DNA from: Thermodesulfobacteriota bacterium
Lineage (GTDB): Bacteria; Desulfobacterota_D; UBA1144; Nemesobacterales; Nemesobacteraceae
NCBI GenBank assembly: GCA_965202785.1
Contig: OZ241855.1
Coordinates: 32,001 to 96,000 of the forward strand
Length of the DNA stretch: 64,000 bases
Direction: 5' to 3'
Position numbers and translations under genes: made by a program. Under the pieces are notes generated by a model. That model was not told where the DNA came from and made no database searches. It worked only from the letters and a program-made list of their open reading frames with translations. Of the stretch, positions 8,988 through 19,403 are shown one piece after another; within the stretch, counting starts at the first letter, position 1; each line of letters starts with the position of its first letter.

Positions 8988-10046
8988 TCATCGTGAGAAT
9001 GGACCCATGTCCACCGAAACTTCTGTGATTTCATGTTCCATAATAGTTTCTTCTACTACTTCTGCTTTATCCGGATCAAATAAGGCGAGATTCATTCCTT
9101 TGCTAACGGAACTATTATAAACAACTCCTTGGTAGCCGCACTTTTTAATAAACTCGCACAAATATTGACTTGCAGTGTAGTCGATGGCCGCTGCAGTTGG
9201 AATGACCGGCACTTCCAAGCCTTGTCCAAGGTTTTCCAAAAATTTTATATCACCGCTTCTAAGCTTGGCTAGCGCACTTTCATCACTGAGTAAAAACGGC
9301 GAAATCAGCAAACGTGGTTTACACAGGTCGACTAACTGGAGCTCAGATTCAATCTGAAATTCTGCCACGCAAACAATTTCGCCAGGGTGCGGTCTAACTT
9401 CAGCAGCTACGGTCTCCACTGTTGATCCAAGGTACAAATAGGGAATACCCGCTGGATTAGCCCTCCCATGTGATGCAGCCCGCCTTGGAGGCGCCCCCAT
9501 CTCCTCAGGTTTGTAGCACCTGTCTTCCTTTTCAATTCTCGCCCGGTACCACTTCGAAGAATGCTCGCTTTGATCGAATACAAGATTTCCGAAAAGCCCT
9601 TCCAAACGGCCGTATTCAAATTCTGTATCGGGAAAGAAACGATTGCTATGCATCAATTCCATCGTCAGCCGCTTCCAAGTCATATTCAATTCACATTGAT
9701 CCGGTGCAGATGGAACAAATTTCCGATGGATAATCTCATTGTCATCAAGAATCTCGCCTAAAAGTGCATTTGCACGGACTTCGTCAAGTTCGGTGTGGTC
9801 GAAGAGTAACCAATCTTCTCTCAACCATTCTATTAATAACTTTCCATTCTCTTTAGGTCGATAAATGCCAATTAAAACCTCAAAATATTCAGATAGTTCA
9901 TTTGGCTCTATAAGTGGCTGTTTTTTTGTCTTGCAAAACGAGCAATCACCTTCTTTGCCAGACAAAGAAGGTATGATTTGCGTCTTCAATCCCTTGTCGC
10001 TGAAACATTCCGCACAACAATACATTCGCTCGCGGCCTTTACTCAT
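8988..10046 (-). CDS. RES-domain protein (ART/NADase fold) with N-terminal Cys4 Zn-binding region
   Basis: 'WYRAR', 'GRANPAGIPYLY', 'TVAAEVRP', 'GVVYNSS', 'NLALF'; N-terminal CAEC...CSFC. ATG 10046 overlaps the upstream stop. Confidence 0.9.
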   Translation of the reverse strand: MSKGRERMYCCAECFSDKGLKTQIIPSLSGKEGDCSFCKTKKQPLIEPNELSEYFEVLIGIYRPKENGKLLIEWLREDWLLFDHTELDEVRANALLGEILDDNEIIHRKFVPSAPDQCELNMTWKRLTMELMHSNRFFPDTEFEYGRLEGLFGNLVFDQSEHSSKWYRARIEKEDRCYKPEEMGAPPRRAASHGRANPAGIPYLYLGSTVETVAAEVRPHPGEIVCVAEFQIESELQLVDLCKPRLLISPFLLSDESALAKLRSGDIKFLENLGQGLEVPVIPTAAAIDYTASQYLCEFIKKCGYQGVVYNSSVSKGMNLALFDPDKAEVVEETIMEHEITEVSVDMGPFSR

Positions 10047-10977
10047 CGAAAAATTTCGCGAGTGTCTCAATATGATGCTTCATCGACAACTTCTTCACAT
10101 ATCCAAGACCGGGGTAATGGCCTCTTTCGTAAAGCTCTTGAAATTCAACTATCGCTTGAGTTTCGAGGATCTTGTTATCGCTTTGGTTCAGTGCAGTAAT
10201 TAGTTTTTCTAATGCTTCAGCAAACTTACCTGCCGGGTCTTTGGGTGTGTCCTGCCTATCCGATTTAAAATGTCGGATATGCATTTCATCATCTTTATCG
10301 GAGTCGATATACGTAAGATGGATAGCAACTGTGTATGCGGGTCCACCGTCTTCAGAATATTCATCACCTACAATCAAAAAATCCCCAAAACCATCCATCC
10401 TTTCTAGCTCGAATGTTGCATGAAGATCGGAAAAAAACTCTGTAGATGGATAATCCCTATTACGCCTTCTTTCGAACCCATCTCGGATCAGAATACGATT
10501 CGAATGATCAGCAAAATGGCGCTGGTAGAGCTTTCCACAATGACCTTCAAAAAAGATACTGGTATTGACATTTTCAAAGTCGTCAATTGCTTTGGAAAGC
10601 TTCTTAGCCTTTGAAAAGCCAGCGTGGATTAGGGCAATCTCGTTGTCGAATACTTCGCATAATTCGATAGCCTCAGAAGCGGAAGTCTCTTCGGCAAGCA
10701 AAAGCCCGCAAATCAGATTCTGCTGTTCATGGTAATGCTCATCAATAAACTCTATTAGATCGGTGTTATCATAACTATGGTCGCCTATCTGCGGATTCAT
10801 TACCAAAATTACCTGAGCATTTTCGTCGCATAATTCATCCAGAGTTTTTTTTAGGCCATTCAACTCCTCTTTCACAGGCTCAATTATTGGTACGAAACTT
10901 TTTGCCGCTAAGATCGGTGCGGATTCTCTAATAGTGATTAATTCGTATAGTCTGCCGCGAAAGTAAGGATAATACAT
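10039..10977 (-). CDS. sce7725-family protein (Beta-protein-like)
   Basis: Signature 'MYYPYFRG..ELI', 'VPIIEPV', 'GFGDFLIVG.EYSE.GGPAYTVAIHLTY', 'YPGLG.VKKLSMKHHIE'. Confidence 0.85.
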   Translation of the reverse strand: MYYPYFRGRLYELITIRESAPILAAKSFVPIIEPVKEELNGLKKTLDELCDENAQVILVMNPQIGDHSYDNTDLIEFIDEHYHEQQNLICGLLLAEETSASEAIELCEVFDNEIALIHAGFSKAKKLSKAIDDFENVNTSIFFEGHCGKLYQRHFADHSNRILIRDGFERRRNRDYPSTEFFSDLHATFELERMDGFGDFLIVGDEYSEDGGPAYTVAIHLTYIDSDKDDEMHIRHFKSDRQDTPKDPAGKFAEALEKLITALNQSDNKILETQAIVEFQELYERGHYPGLGYVKKLSMKHHIETLAKFFDE

Positions 10978-10983
10978 TTTAAG

Positions 10984-11874
10984 TTATGCCCACACCGCGG
11001 CTTCACTAATTGGTGTTTTCATCGATTCAACTAGACGAGTGTGGTCTTGCTTCCTCAGGCGCAAGGATAATACTGCCGACCGCAAGGACTTTGGCAACTC
11101 GTTAATGAGTGCGGCAAGTGGCGCAAGATCTCTGGTTTCCCTTAAGATTTGTATCATGCTGGTGTGCACAGAGGTCGGATCAAGTTCGGCGAAACGCCTA
11201 CGTAGTTCTTGATAGCGACGGGTATTAGGCACATCTGGCACCGAAACACCAAGGTCAATGAGTACTAATTCAGCTTCACGCAGACTGATTGAATCAAAAA
11301 TAGCCTTAGGATTAGTTCGAGATGGAATATTGTTGCCTTCTCGAATACTGGAAATTTGATATCTGTCTGAGAGTTTCAAAACGCCTATGTCTTCAGGCAC
11401 AGAATCAAGAACTGCTTTCACATGGTTTTCGCCAACAATCACGTTAACTGTGGCAAACACATTCATATATGCAGCAATCTGTTTTTCGAGCCGCGATAGT
11501 GAATCCCTCTCCGATTTTATCTCGTATACGGTGCTGGTCCCATTTAAAATTACGATGTCCGCCTTGCAACCACCAACTCTGAATTCACTGATCATTGACG
11601 AAGTCTGAAGTGAATGAATGCCAAGTAGTACTTTTTCAGTCAATGCGGCTTTGTATATATATTCGTGGCGGTATCTCTTATGTTTCAAGAACCTAAAGGC
11701 GTGTTCAAAAAGATCAAATACTTTTTCAACTTCACTGGACAGTGCAAGCAGGCGCGATTCATTTAGCAGACGCGCAAACAATGGTGATCGACCTCTTCGT
11801 GCTAGCTCTCTCAATACGGTTGAAGAAAATAAGCGAGCAACGGCAGAGGCCTGAATTTCTTCTGTTTTTTTCAT
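10984..11874 (-). CDS. sce7726-family protein (PD-(D/E)XK fold)
   Basis: 'YRHEYIYK', 'EFRVGGCKADIVILNGTSTVYEIKSERDSLSRL..QI..Y'. Probable start is MKKTEE at 11874. Confidence 0.85.
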   Translation of the reverse strand: MKKTEEIQASAVARLFSSTVLRELARRGRSPLFARLLNESRLLALSSEVEKVFDLFEHAFRFLKHKRYRHEYIYKAALTEKVLLGIHSLQTSSMISEFRVGGCKADIVILNGTSTVYEIKSERDSLSRLEKQIAAYMNVFATVNVIVGENHVKAVLDSVPEDIGVLKLSDRYQISSIREGNNIPSRTNPKAIFDSISLREAELVLIDLGVSVPDVPNTRRYQELRRRFAELDPTSVHTSMIQILRETRDLAPLAALINELPKSLRSAVLSLRLRKQDHTRLVESMKTPISEAAVWA

Positions 11875-11969
11875 TCTACCGCTTTGCCGTCTCAACCTAG
11901 CAGATCGGCTTGCCTCAAACTTGATTTTAACTGACTCGTAAAAACATAGAAATAGCGTCTTAAAAATTT

Positions 11970-12519
11970 GGGAATTATACACATAACTAAACACCATTGA
12001 GTTCATCCACACGTTTGGATAACCGCGTGGCCAACTCCGTTAGTTCTTTCCGACAGATTGATCCAGAATAATGTTCCTCACAATAACGAACAATCGAATC
12101 TAGGTCATTTATCATATGCAATTCTCTTACATCGGCATCCATTTGTTCGGCGAATTCTTCGTATCCCAAGTCCCTAAGTGGGGCCTCTGCATATAAACCT
12201 GTTGAATTAAATCCTCCTAAGTAGGCAGTACCCCATGCAGCAATCAAGGCGGTTTCCAACAACTTGATTACCTCATCTTCGCCTTCGGCGACAACTTTCC
12301 ATGTGAAGGCGTCTTTACCGTATTCTCTAAGCGCATGATGGAAAAATACTCGACCACGATTACTCATCGCATCTCTCTCGTGCTGACTTCTGCGAGCCTT
12401 CAGACTCCGCTTAGTAATGCCTACATAGCGTTTCCCGCTGTCGTTGTGTACCGCCACATAGCAGATCATTTTACGTCGTTCCGCTCCTCTTTTCGGTCTA
12501 GTCATCTATAAATAATCCC
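11970..12519. mobile_element. Non-autonomous inverted-repeat-bounded cassette (MITE/MIC-like, possibly IS1595-derived) carrying a GIY-YIG gene
   Basis: Left end GGGAATTATACACATAACTAA; right end revcomp GGGATTATTTATAGATGACTAG (12519-12498). Flanks AAAAATTT (11962-11969) and AAAAACTT (12520-12527) match 7/8. Confidence 0.6.
11987..12505 (-). CDS. GIY-YIG nuclease-domain protein
   Basis: 'ICYVAVHNDSGKRYVGITKR.L..RR.QH', 'HALREYG.DAFTW', 'LETALI', 'GFN'. The start may be 12469. Confidence 0.85.
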   Translation of the reverse strand: MTRPKRGAERRKMICYVAVHNDSGKRYVGITKRSLKARRSQHERDAMSNRGRVFFHHALREYGKDAFTWKVVAEGEDEVIKLLETALIAAWGTAYLGGFNSTGLYAEAPLRDLGYEEFAEQMDADVRELHMINDLDSIVRYCEEHYSGSICRKELTELATRLSKRVDELNGV

Positions 12520-12633
12520 AAAAACTTTATCCACCGTTACGCTGAAGCTCTCCCTTCTATAATATGTACTCTCTATCAAGGGAGACATATATCCTTAGGA
12601 AACAGATTATATATTGGTTGTAACTTCTTGGAA

Positions 12634-13800
12634 TTAGGCAGTTTTAGCGGCTTCGACCACCTTGGACGCAGCTTCTTTCATGTCGGCCCCGGTCTGGATG
12701 TCAAGACCCGAATTAGATAAGATTTCCCTTCCGGCCTGAACGTTGGTTCCTTCAAGCCTGACCACTAAAGGAACGTTTATTCCGACCTCTCCCGCGGCCT
12801 CAACGATGCCGTCGGCGATAGTGTCGCACTTCATGATGCCGCCGAAGATATTAACGAATATGGCTTTTACGTTCTCATCGCTCAGGATCATCTTAAAGGC
12901 CTTTGTAACCTGCTCCGTAGTAGCCCCTCCGCCGACATCAAGGAAGTTCGCGGGTTCTCCGCCGTGGTGCTTTATAATGTCCATGGTGGCCATGGCAAGC
13001 CCCGCGCCGTTAACCAGACATCCTATGTTTCCGTCAAGCTTAACGAAGCTTATCCCCGCGTCGCTTGCTTCAAGCTCAAGAGGATCCTCCTCGTCCCTGT
13101 CCCTAAGTCCCGCGATGTCACGGTGGCGGAAAAGCGCGTTGTCATCGAAATTGATCTTCGCGTCAAGCGCCACTATGTTTCCGTCCGAGGTAAGAACAAG
13201 CGGGTTTATCTCCGCAAGGGAGCAGTCCTTTTCGATAAAAACCCGGTAAAGGGATGAGATAAACGATACCGCCTGCCTCACGGCGCCGCCCGAAAGACCC
13301 ATGAAATAAGCGATTTTCCGGCACTGGTAGGGCTGAATGCCAACAGAAATATCAACGTGCTCCTTGATTATCTTCTCTGGAGACCTGGCCGCCACCTCCT
13401 CGATCTCTACCCCGCCCTCGGGGCTTCCCATGACAACCACTTTTTCCCGGGAGCGGTCAATCACCATGCCCAGGTAGAACTCTTTTTCTTTGCTCGAGGC
13501 TTCCTCGATCAGTACGCTTCCCACCGTCTTGCCCTCGGGGCCCGTCTGGTGGGTGACCAGGTTCATCCCGATTATCTCATCTGCGGCCGCCATGGCGTCG
13601 TGGGAATTGTCAACCACCTTTATTCCGCCTCCCTTGCCCCGGCCGCCGGCGTGAATCTGGGCTTTCACCACGTACTTTGCAGAGTTAAGAGTATCGAGCA
13701 CTTCTGACACCTCATCCGCGCTGAAAACAACCTGTCCCCCGGGAACCCTGACTCCGAAATCAGAGAGAAGCTTTTTGGCCTGGTATTCGTGTACGTTCAA
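12634..13800 (-). CDS. sucC: Succinyl-CoA ligase beta subunit
   Basis: [42 protein letters not shown]; TTG start. Confidence 0.98.
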   Translation of the reverse strand: MNVHEYQAKKLLSDFGVRVPGGQVVFSADEVSEVLDTLNSAKYVVKAQIHAGGRGKGGGIKVVDNSHDAMAAADEIIGMNLVTHQTGPEGKTVGSVLIEEASSKEKEFYLGMVIDRSREKVVVMGSPEGGVEIEEVAARSPEKIIKEHVDISVGIQPYQCRKIAYFMGLSGGAVRQAVSFISSLYRVFIEKDCSLAEINPLVLTSDGNIVALDAKINFDDNALFRHRDIAGLRDRDEEDPLELEASDAGISFVKLDGNIGCLVNGAGLAMATMDIIKHHGGEPANFLDVGGGATTEQVTKAFKMILSDENVKAIFVNIFGGIMKCDTIADGIVEAAGEVGINVPLVVRLEGTNVQAGREILSNSGLDIQTGADMKEAASKVVEAAKTA

Positions 13801-13814
13801 TCTGGAGCCCTCTT

Positions 13815-14549
13815 CTACTTTCCCTTGATCTTCCGCAAAAGCCAGGAAAGCGGATCATAATACTTGTCAACCACCCTCTCCTTAAGCGGAATGATTCCGT
13901 TATCCGTTATGTGTATGTCCTCGGGGCATACTTCCGTGCAGCATTTCGTGATGTTGCAGAAGCCGACTCCCGCCTCCTCGCGCGCGAACTCCCTCCTGTC
14001 AAGCACGTCCAGGGGATGCATCTCCCGCTCGGCGATCTTTATCATGAACCTCGGCCCCGCAAACGCGTCCTTTCGGTTGTGATCGCGAAGTATGTGACAC
14101 ACGTTCTGGCACATGAAGCACTCTATGCACTTGCGGAACTCCTGTCCCCTCTCGACGTCCTCCTGGTACATGACCCACTCGGTATCCTCGGCGGGGGTAA
14201 ACGGAGGAATCTTCTTGCTTACCTCGTAGTTCCACGACACGTCAGTTACGAGATCCTTTATCACGGGAAAGGCCTTGATCGGGTGAACGGTGATAGTTTC
14301 GCCCTCGGCGAAACTGTCCATGCGCGTTTTGCAGGCAAGCTTCGGTTTTCCGTTTATCTCGGTGCTGCAGGAGCCGCACTTGGCCGCCTTGCAGTTCCAT
14401 CTTATCGCCAGGTCGCCGCCGTAGTTGGCCTGTATGTAGAAAAGCGCGTCGAGGACCACCATTCCCTCATCTACCGGGACCTCGTACTCCTTCTCCTCTC
14501 CACCCTGCGCGTTACCGCGAAAAACTCTTAGCTTGGCTACCGACATCAC
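13815..14549 (-). CDS. sdhB: Succinate dehydrogenase iron-sulfur subunit
   Basis: [32 protein letters not shown] clusters (mycobacterial Sdh1-like). Confidence 0.93.
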   Translation of the reverse strand: MMSVAKLRVFRGNAQGGEEKEYEVPVDEGMVVLDALFYIQANYGGDLAIRWNCKAAKCGSCSTEINGKPKLACKTRMDSFAEGETITVHPIKAFPVIKDLVTDVSWNYEVSKKIPPFTPAEDTEWVMYQEDVERGQEFRKCIECFMCQNVCHILRDHNRKDAFAGPRFMIKIAEREMHPLDVLDRREFAREEAGVGFCNITKCCTEVCPEDIHITDNGIIPLKERVVDKYYDPLSWLLRKIKGK

Positions 14550-16264
14550 TTATCCTCCGTAAACATTTTCGAAAGCTCATCGGGCATCTCCATGATCGGC
14601 CGTGTTTCGAGATCCATCGCCCCGCCCTTAACAGCCACTATGGAATTAAGCTTGCCCCATGTTCCGTCATCGCTCTCGGGGAAATCGACCCTGCTGTGGG
14701 CCCCCCTGCTCTCCTTTCTCGCAAGCGCGCAACGTGCGAGCGCCTCAGAGACGATCAGCATCGACTTAAGGTCCCTGCAGAGATGCCAGCCTGGGTTAAA
14801 CATCACCGAACCCTCTATCTTGAGCGTCCTGGCCCTCTCCTTTAACTTCTCTATCTCGTCTATGCCCTTTTGTATGTTCTCCTCGGTACGGAACACCCCT
14901 ATGTAGAGCTGCATCACGTCCTGGAGATCCTGATGGATCGTGTAGGGATTCTCCCCTTGCGTGTTGTTAAAAGGCTCTCTAAGCTCGTTTGCGAATCCCT
15001 CTATAAGCTCTTCGGATACCGACGCGTGGGATTTCCCGCTTGCGTAAGCGGCGGCTCCTTCTCCCGCCCTTTTCCCGAAAACGAGAAGATCAGAGAGAGA
15101 ATTCCCGCCGAGACGGTTCGCGCCGTGCATTCCTCCCGCGACCTCGCCCGCCGCGAAAAGCCCCGGAACGGTGCTCGAGCAGGTGTCCCCTTCAACCTTG
15201 ACTCCGCCCATTACGTAATGTGTGGTCGGGAACACTTCCATCGGGCCTTTCGTTATGTCTATATCCGCAAACTCCATGAACTGGTGGTACATGCTCGGAA
15301 GCTTGCGCTTCACGTAATCGGCTCCCCTGTGGGAGACGTCGAGAAACGCTCCTCCGTGGGGGGAACCGCGGCCCTGCTCCACTTCCGTGTATATGGATCT
15401 TGCCACCACGTCGCGGGTCGAGAGCTCCATGCGCTCTGGGTCGTATCTCTCCATAAAGCGCTCGCCCTCGCTGTTTGTGAGTATGCCTCCCTCTCCGCGC
15501 ACAGCCTCCGTGACAAGGATTCCCCTCACGCTCGGGGGCCAGACCATCCCGGTGGGATGGAACTGTATGAATTCCATGTCTATAAGCTCAGCTCCGGCCT
15601 CATACGCCATTGCGTGACCGTCGCCCGTGTACTCCCAGGAATTAGAAGTGTACTTGTAGGCCTTTCCTACCCCGCCCGTCGCAAGAACAATGGCGTTTGC
15701 GCGGAAAAGAACGAACTTGCCGCTTTCCCTCCAGTAGCCGAAAGCTCCCACAACCCTGTCTCCGTCCTTTACGAGATGGGTTATGGTGCACTCCATGTAG
15801 ACGTCTATGCCCGAGTGTATCCCTTTTTCCTGGAGGGTCCTTATCATCTCAAGACCGGTCCGGTCGCCCACGTGGGCAAGCCTCTTCCACGTGTGCCCGC
15901 CGAATGCCCTCTGATTTATATTCCCCTCTTTCGTTCTGTCGAAAAGAGCTCCCCAGTATTCAAGCTCGCGCACCCTCTCGGGAGCCTCCTGCGCATGGTA
16001 AAGGGCCATCTGCCAGTTGTTAAGCATCTTTCCGCCCTTCATGGTGTCCTTGAAGTGGGTTTCCCAGTTGTCCTTGGTATCGACGTTGGCCAAAGCGGCC
16101 GCGACGCCGCCCTCCGCCATCACGGTGTGGGCCTTGCCGAGCAGGGATTTGCATATGAGTGCGGTCGAGGCGCCTTTTGCGGAAGACTCGATAGCGGCCC
16201 TGAGACCTGCCCCGCCTGCGCCGATGATTATAACGTCATGTGTGTGTGTTTCGTATTTTTCCAC
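14546..16264 (-). CDS. sdhA: Succinate dehydrogenase flavoprotein
   Basis: GAGGAG, KAHTVMAEGG, QFHPTG, HYVMGG, HGANRLGGNSL, ESRGAH. Confidence 0.95.
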   Translation of the reverse strand: MEKYETHTHDVIIIGAGGAGLRAAIESSAKGASTALICKSLLGKAHTVMAEGGVAAALANVDTKDNWETHFKDTMKGGKMLNNWQMALYHAQEAPERVRELEYWGALFDRTKEGNINQRAFGGHTWKRLAHVGDRTGLEMIRTLQEKGIHSGIDVYMECTITHLVKDGDRVVGAFGYWRESGKFVLFRANAIVLATGGVGKAYKYTSNSWEYTGDGHAMAYEAGAELIDMEFIQFHPTGMVWPPSVRGILVTEAVRGEGGILTNSEGERFMERYDPERMELSTRDVVARSIYTEVEQGRGSPHGGAFLDVSHRGADYVKRKLPSMYHQFMEFADIDITKGPMEVFPTTHYVMGGVKVEGDTCSSTVPGLFAAGEVAGGMHGANRLGGNSLSDLLVFGKRAGEGAAAYASGKSHASVSEELIEGFANELREPFNNTQGENPYTIHQDLQDVMQLYIGVFRTEENIQKGIDEIEKLKERARTLKIEGSVMFNPGWHLCRDLKSMLIVSEALARCALARKESRGAHSRVDFPESDDGTWGKLNSIVAVKGGAMDLETRPIMEMPDELSKMFTEDK

Positions 16265-16266
16265 GT

Positions 16267-16998
16267 CTATATCAACCTCAGATCAGTGATTGTTCCGTTT
16301 GCGACCAGGAAAACGTAAAGGTCGGTTAAAGCCACGAAAACAAGGCTTGTCCACGCCCATTTCATATGTACTTCGTTCTGGACGCTTATGGCGCCCCAGA
16401 GGCGAAAGCGGGTCGGACACTTTGAGAACACGTCAAGATTCCCTCCCATCAGGTGGCGAAACGAGTGGCAGGAAAACGAATACATGGTAAGCAGAAACGC
16501 GTTTGCGGTAAGAACTATGGTCCCGACGCCCACTCCGACCCCGTCATGGAAGAAAAAGGCCTCGTAGGAGTCAATCCACAAAAACAGCAGAATGACGATA
16601 GAGGCGTAGAGAAAAAACCTGTGGATGTTCTGCAGGATGAACGGAAAGCTCGACTCTCCGCTGTAGGAACCCCTCTTGCCGACCGGTTTTACCGCGCAGC
16701 CCGGAGGCGAGAAGAAATACGCCCTGTAGTACGCTTTTCTGTAGTAGTAGCAGGTCGCCCGGAATCCAAGCGGCGCCCAGAGAATAAGTATTGCCGGGGA
16801 AAGCGGCCACCAGTCAAGAAGCAGAAGCGGGGAATAAAAAGGCGAAAGGTAGGGTTCTGTGTAGTAAAACTGGTTCGAAAGAGCCCTCCACGTGGAGTAG
16901 ATTCCAAAAGCCCCGAGCACCACCCCGGTTATGAGGGGCTCAACCCACCACGCGTCTTTTCTCATGGTGAGCGCCTTGCTCGCCGTACCGTTAGCCAT
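16267..16998 (-). CDS. Succinate dehydrogenase membrane anchor, Sdh1/type F-like
   Basis: 'YLSPFYSP', 'FRATCYYYRKAYYR', 'QNIHRFF', 'SCHSFRHLMGG' motifs of the Rv0249c-like anchor. Confidence 0.85.
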   Translation of the reverse strand: MANGTASKALTMRKDAWWVEPLITGVVLGAFGIYSTWRALSNQFYYTEPYLSPFYSPLLLLDWWPLSPAILILWAPLGFRATCYYYRKAYYRAYFFSPPGCAVKPVGKRGSYSGESSFPFILQNIHRFFLYASIVILLFLWIDSYEAFFFHDGVGVGVGTIVLTANAFLLTMYSFSCHSFRHLMGGNLDVFSKCPTRFRLWGAISVQNEVHMKWAWTSLVFVALTDLYVFLVANGTITDLRLI

Positions 16999-17081
16999 AT
17001 TGCAGAAACCTCCAAAAAATATTTCCGGAGCGCCCGTCCGAGATTACAGACGGCGCCGGGGGGCGGAACGTAAGCGGAACC

Positions 17082-18029
17082 CTAAAGGATTCCCATTCCG
17101 TCAATTACTTCGCAAAGCTCTTTCACCTTGCCCGCCGAGACATGCAGAGCCTCCATCTCCTCGCTGGAGATCTCAACCCCTATTATCTCCTCGACCCCTT
17201 CCGCGCCGAGCCTTACGGGAAGACCCACGAACGTATCCTCCACTCCGTAATGTCCGTCCGCGTAAACGCAGCAGGGAAGCACTTTCTTCTTGTCCTTTAT
17301 GATCGCCTCGGCCATTTCCACCGCGGCTACCGCGGGGGCGTAAAAGGCGCTTCCGGTCTTAAGAAGCGCTACTATTTCGGCTCCTCCCTTCCTGGTGCGG
17401 TCGACCATAGCCTCAAGCCTGTCGGCTGGGACAAGCTGCGCTATGGGAATACCCGACACAGTGGTGTTGCTTAGAAGCGGAACCATCGTGTCTCCGTGTC
17501 CGCCGAGAACCGAGGCGTTTATGTTCTCAACCGATACCCCGAGCTCCATCGCGATAAACGCCCGGAAGCGCGCGGAATCAAGCACCCCCGCCATTCCCAT
17601 CACCTTGCTGTCTGAGAGGCCGCTTACCCTGTGCGCCACGTAGACCATGGCGTCAAGCGGGTTGGTTACCAGTATTAGTATCGCGTCGGGGGAATGAGCA
17701 ACCACCTGCTCGGTAACGCTCTTTACTACCTTGGTGTTTGTCGAGATAAGATCATCACGGCTCATCCCGGGCTTTCTCGGAATACCCGAGGTGATTATCA
17801 CCACGTCCGAACCTGCCGTGTCTTCGTAGTTGGTTGAACCGACGAGATTTACGTCGCTTCCGGTAATCGGGCACATCTGGGCAAGGTCAAGCGCCTTTCC
17901 CTCGGGAATTCCCTCCACTATGTCAATCAAAGCCACGTCGGCAAGTTCAAGCTGTGCAATCCGAAACGCCGCCGACGCGCCGACGTTTCCCGCACCTATC
18001 ACAGAAATTTTCGCTCTGCCGTTCTTCAA
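17082..18029 (-). CDS. mdh: Malate dehydrogenase (LDH-like)
   Basis: GAGNVG, PRKPGMSRDDL, VTNPLDAM, GGHGD, LKTGSAFYAP. Confidence 0.97.
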   Translation of the reverse strand: MKNGRAKISVIGAGNVGASAAFRIAQLELADVALIDIVEGIPEGKALDLAQMCPITGSDVNLVGSTNYEDTAGSDVVIITSGIPRKPGMSRDDLISTNTKVVKSVTEQVVAHSPDAILILVTNPLDAMVYVAHRVSGLSDSKVMGMAGVLDSARFRAFIAMELGVSVENINASVLGGHGDTMVPLLSNTTVSGIPIAQLVPADRLEAMVDRTRKGGAEIVALLKTGSAFYAPAVAAVEMAEAIIKDKKKVLPCCVYADGHYGVEDTFVGLPVRLGAEGVEEIIGVEISSEEMEALHVSAGKVKELCEVIDGMGIL

Positions 18030-18072
18030 GATCCCACTCCTTTTGAAAAGATTTGCTGTGCCGCGAGCCCCT

Positions 18073-19317
18073 CTAGTCCATTACCTTGTCCATGTTTGAC
18101 ACGATGGCCTCTCCATACTCGGAACACTTAAGAAGGGTCGCCCCCTCCATCTGCCTCTCGAGGTCATAGGTAACCGTTTTCTGCAAAACGGTCTCCTCCA
18201 TCGCCCTGAAAACAAGCTCGGCGGCCTCGTGCCATCCGAGGTACTGGAACATCATGACTCCCGAGAGTATCACGGAACCCGGGTTAACCTTGTCCTGCCC
18301 GGTGTACTTGGGAGCGGTTCCGTGGGTGGCTTCGAAACACGCCAGGTAATCGCCTATGTTGCCGCCCGGAGCGACTCCGAGACCTCCTACCTGCGCGGCG
18401 CAGGCATCCGACATGTAGTCGCCGTTTAGGTTGGGCATGGCCATCACGTCATATTCGCTCGGTCTCGTGAGAACCTGCTGGAACATGCTGTCGGCTATGC
18501 GGTCCTTTATTACGATCTTGCCCTCGGGCTGCTTGCCGCCGTGATCGTCCCAGAGCTCGTCCTCGGTCAGGGTGACCTCCGGGAACTCCTCTTTCGCAAG
18601 CTCGTAGCCCCATTCGCGGAAGGCGCCCTCGGTGAACTTCATTATGTTGCCCTTGTGAACGAGGGTGACGCTCTTTCTTTTGTACTCTATTGCGTATTCG
18701 ATCGCCTTTCTGACGAGCCTCTTGGTTCCGAAAGGACTTATGGGCTTTATTCCTATTCCGCTCAGCTCGCGGATGTTAACCCCGTAATTCTCGACGAGGT
18801 ACTCCCTTACGGCGGCCGCTTCCTCGGTACCGCTCTCCCACTCGATTCCCGCGTACACGTCCTCGGTGTTCTCCCTGAATATCACGACATCGAGCTTGCC
18901 GGGAACAAGAAGAGGGTTTGGGGTTCCCTTGATCCATCTCACGGGCCTGACACAGGCGTAGAGATCAAGTATCTGCCGGAGCGCGACGTTAAGACTCCTT
19001 ATTCCTCCTCCCACGGGAGTGGTAAGCGGGCCCTTGATTGCGACTATGTACTCCTTTATCGCCTCGGTGGTCGCCTCGGGGAGCCATTCGCCGGTCTCCT
19101 CATACGCCTTCTCGCCGGCCAGCACCTCAAGCCACGCTATCTTCTTTTTTCCTCCGTAAGCCTTCTCGACCGCGGCGTCAAACACTATCTGGGACGCGTA
19201 CCAGATGTCGGGGCCTATCCCGTCGCCTTCTATGAAGGGGATTATGGGGTTGTCGGGGATTACAAGCTTTCTGCTTCCCTCGTCAATCTGTATTTTTTCT
19301 CCGCTTGGGACTGTCAT
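18073..19317 (-). CDS. icd: NADP-dependent isocitrate dehydrogenase
   Basis: [41 protein letters not shown]. Confidence 0.98.
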   Translation of the reverse strand: MTVPSGEKIQIDEGSRKLVIPDNPIIPFIEGDGIGPDIWYASQIVFDAAVEKAYGGKKKIAWLEVLAGEKAYEETGEWLPEATTEAIKEYIVAIKGPLTTPVGGGIRSLNVALRQILDLYACVRPVRWIKGTPNPLLVPGKLDVVIFRENTEDVYAGIEWESGTEEAAAVREYLVENYGVNIRELSGIGIKPISPFGTKRLVRKAIEYAIEYKRKSVTLVHKGNIMKFTEGAFREWGYELAKEEFPEVTLTEDELWDDHGGKQPEGKIVIKDRIADSMFQQVLTRPSEYDVMAMPNLNGDYMSDACAAQVGGLGVAPGGNIGDYLACFEATHGTAPKYTGQDKVNPGSVILSGVMMFQYLGWHEAAELVFRAMEETVLQKTVTYDLERQMEGATLLKCSEYGEAIVSNMDKVMD

Positions 19318-19403
19318 TGAACACCTCTCTTTTTGAACTAAACGAAAATTTAAATCTCAAAATATAATGGAAAAAACCGCCCTTTTCAAATCCGCCTCTC
19401 AAC

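Noticed and set aside
11875-12012. N-terminal extension of the sce7726 ORF given in the ORF track
   Set aside because: It runs into the inserted cassette and overlaps the GIY-YIG gene; family-like sequence starts near ATG 11874.
14870-16318. 482-aa plus-strand ORF, and many similar antisense ORFs over dnaK, icd, the opp genes, ligA and tamB
   Set aside because: These are shadow frames opposite well-conserved genes in GC-rich DNA, with no recognisable motifs.
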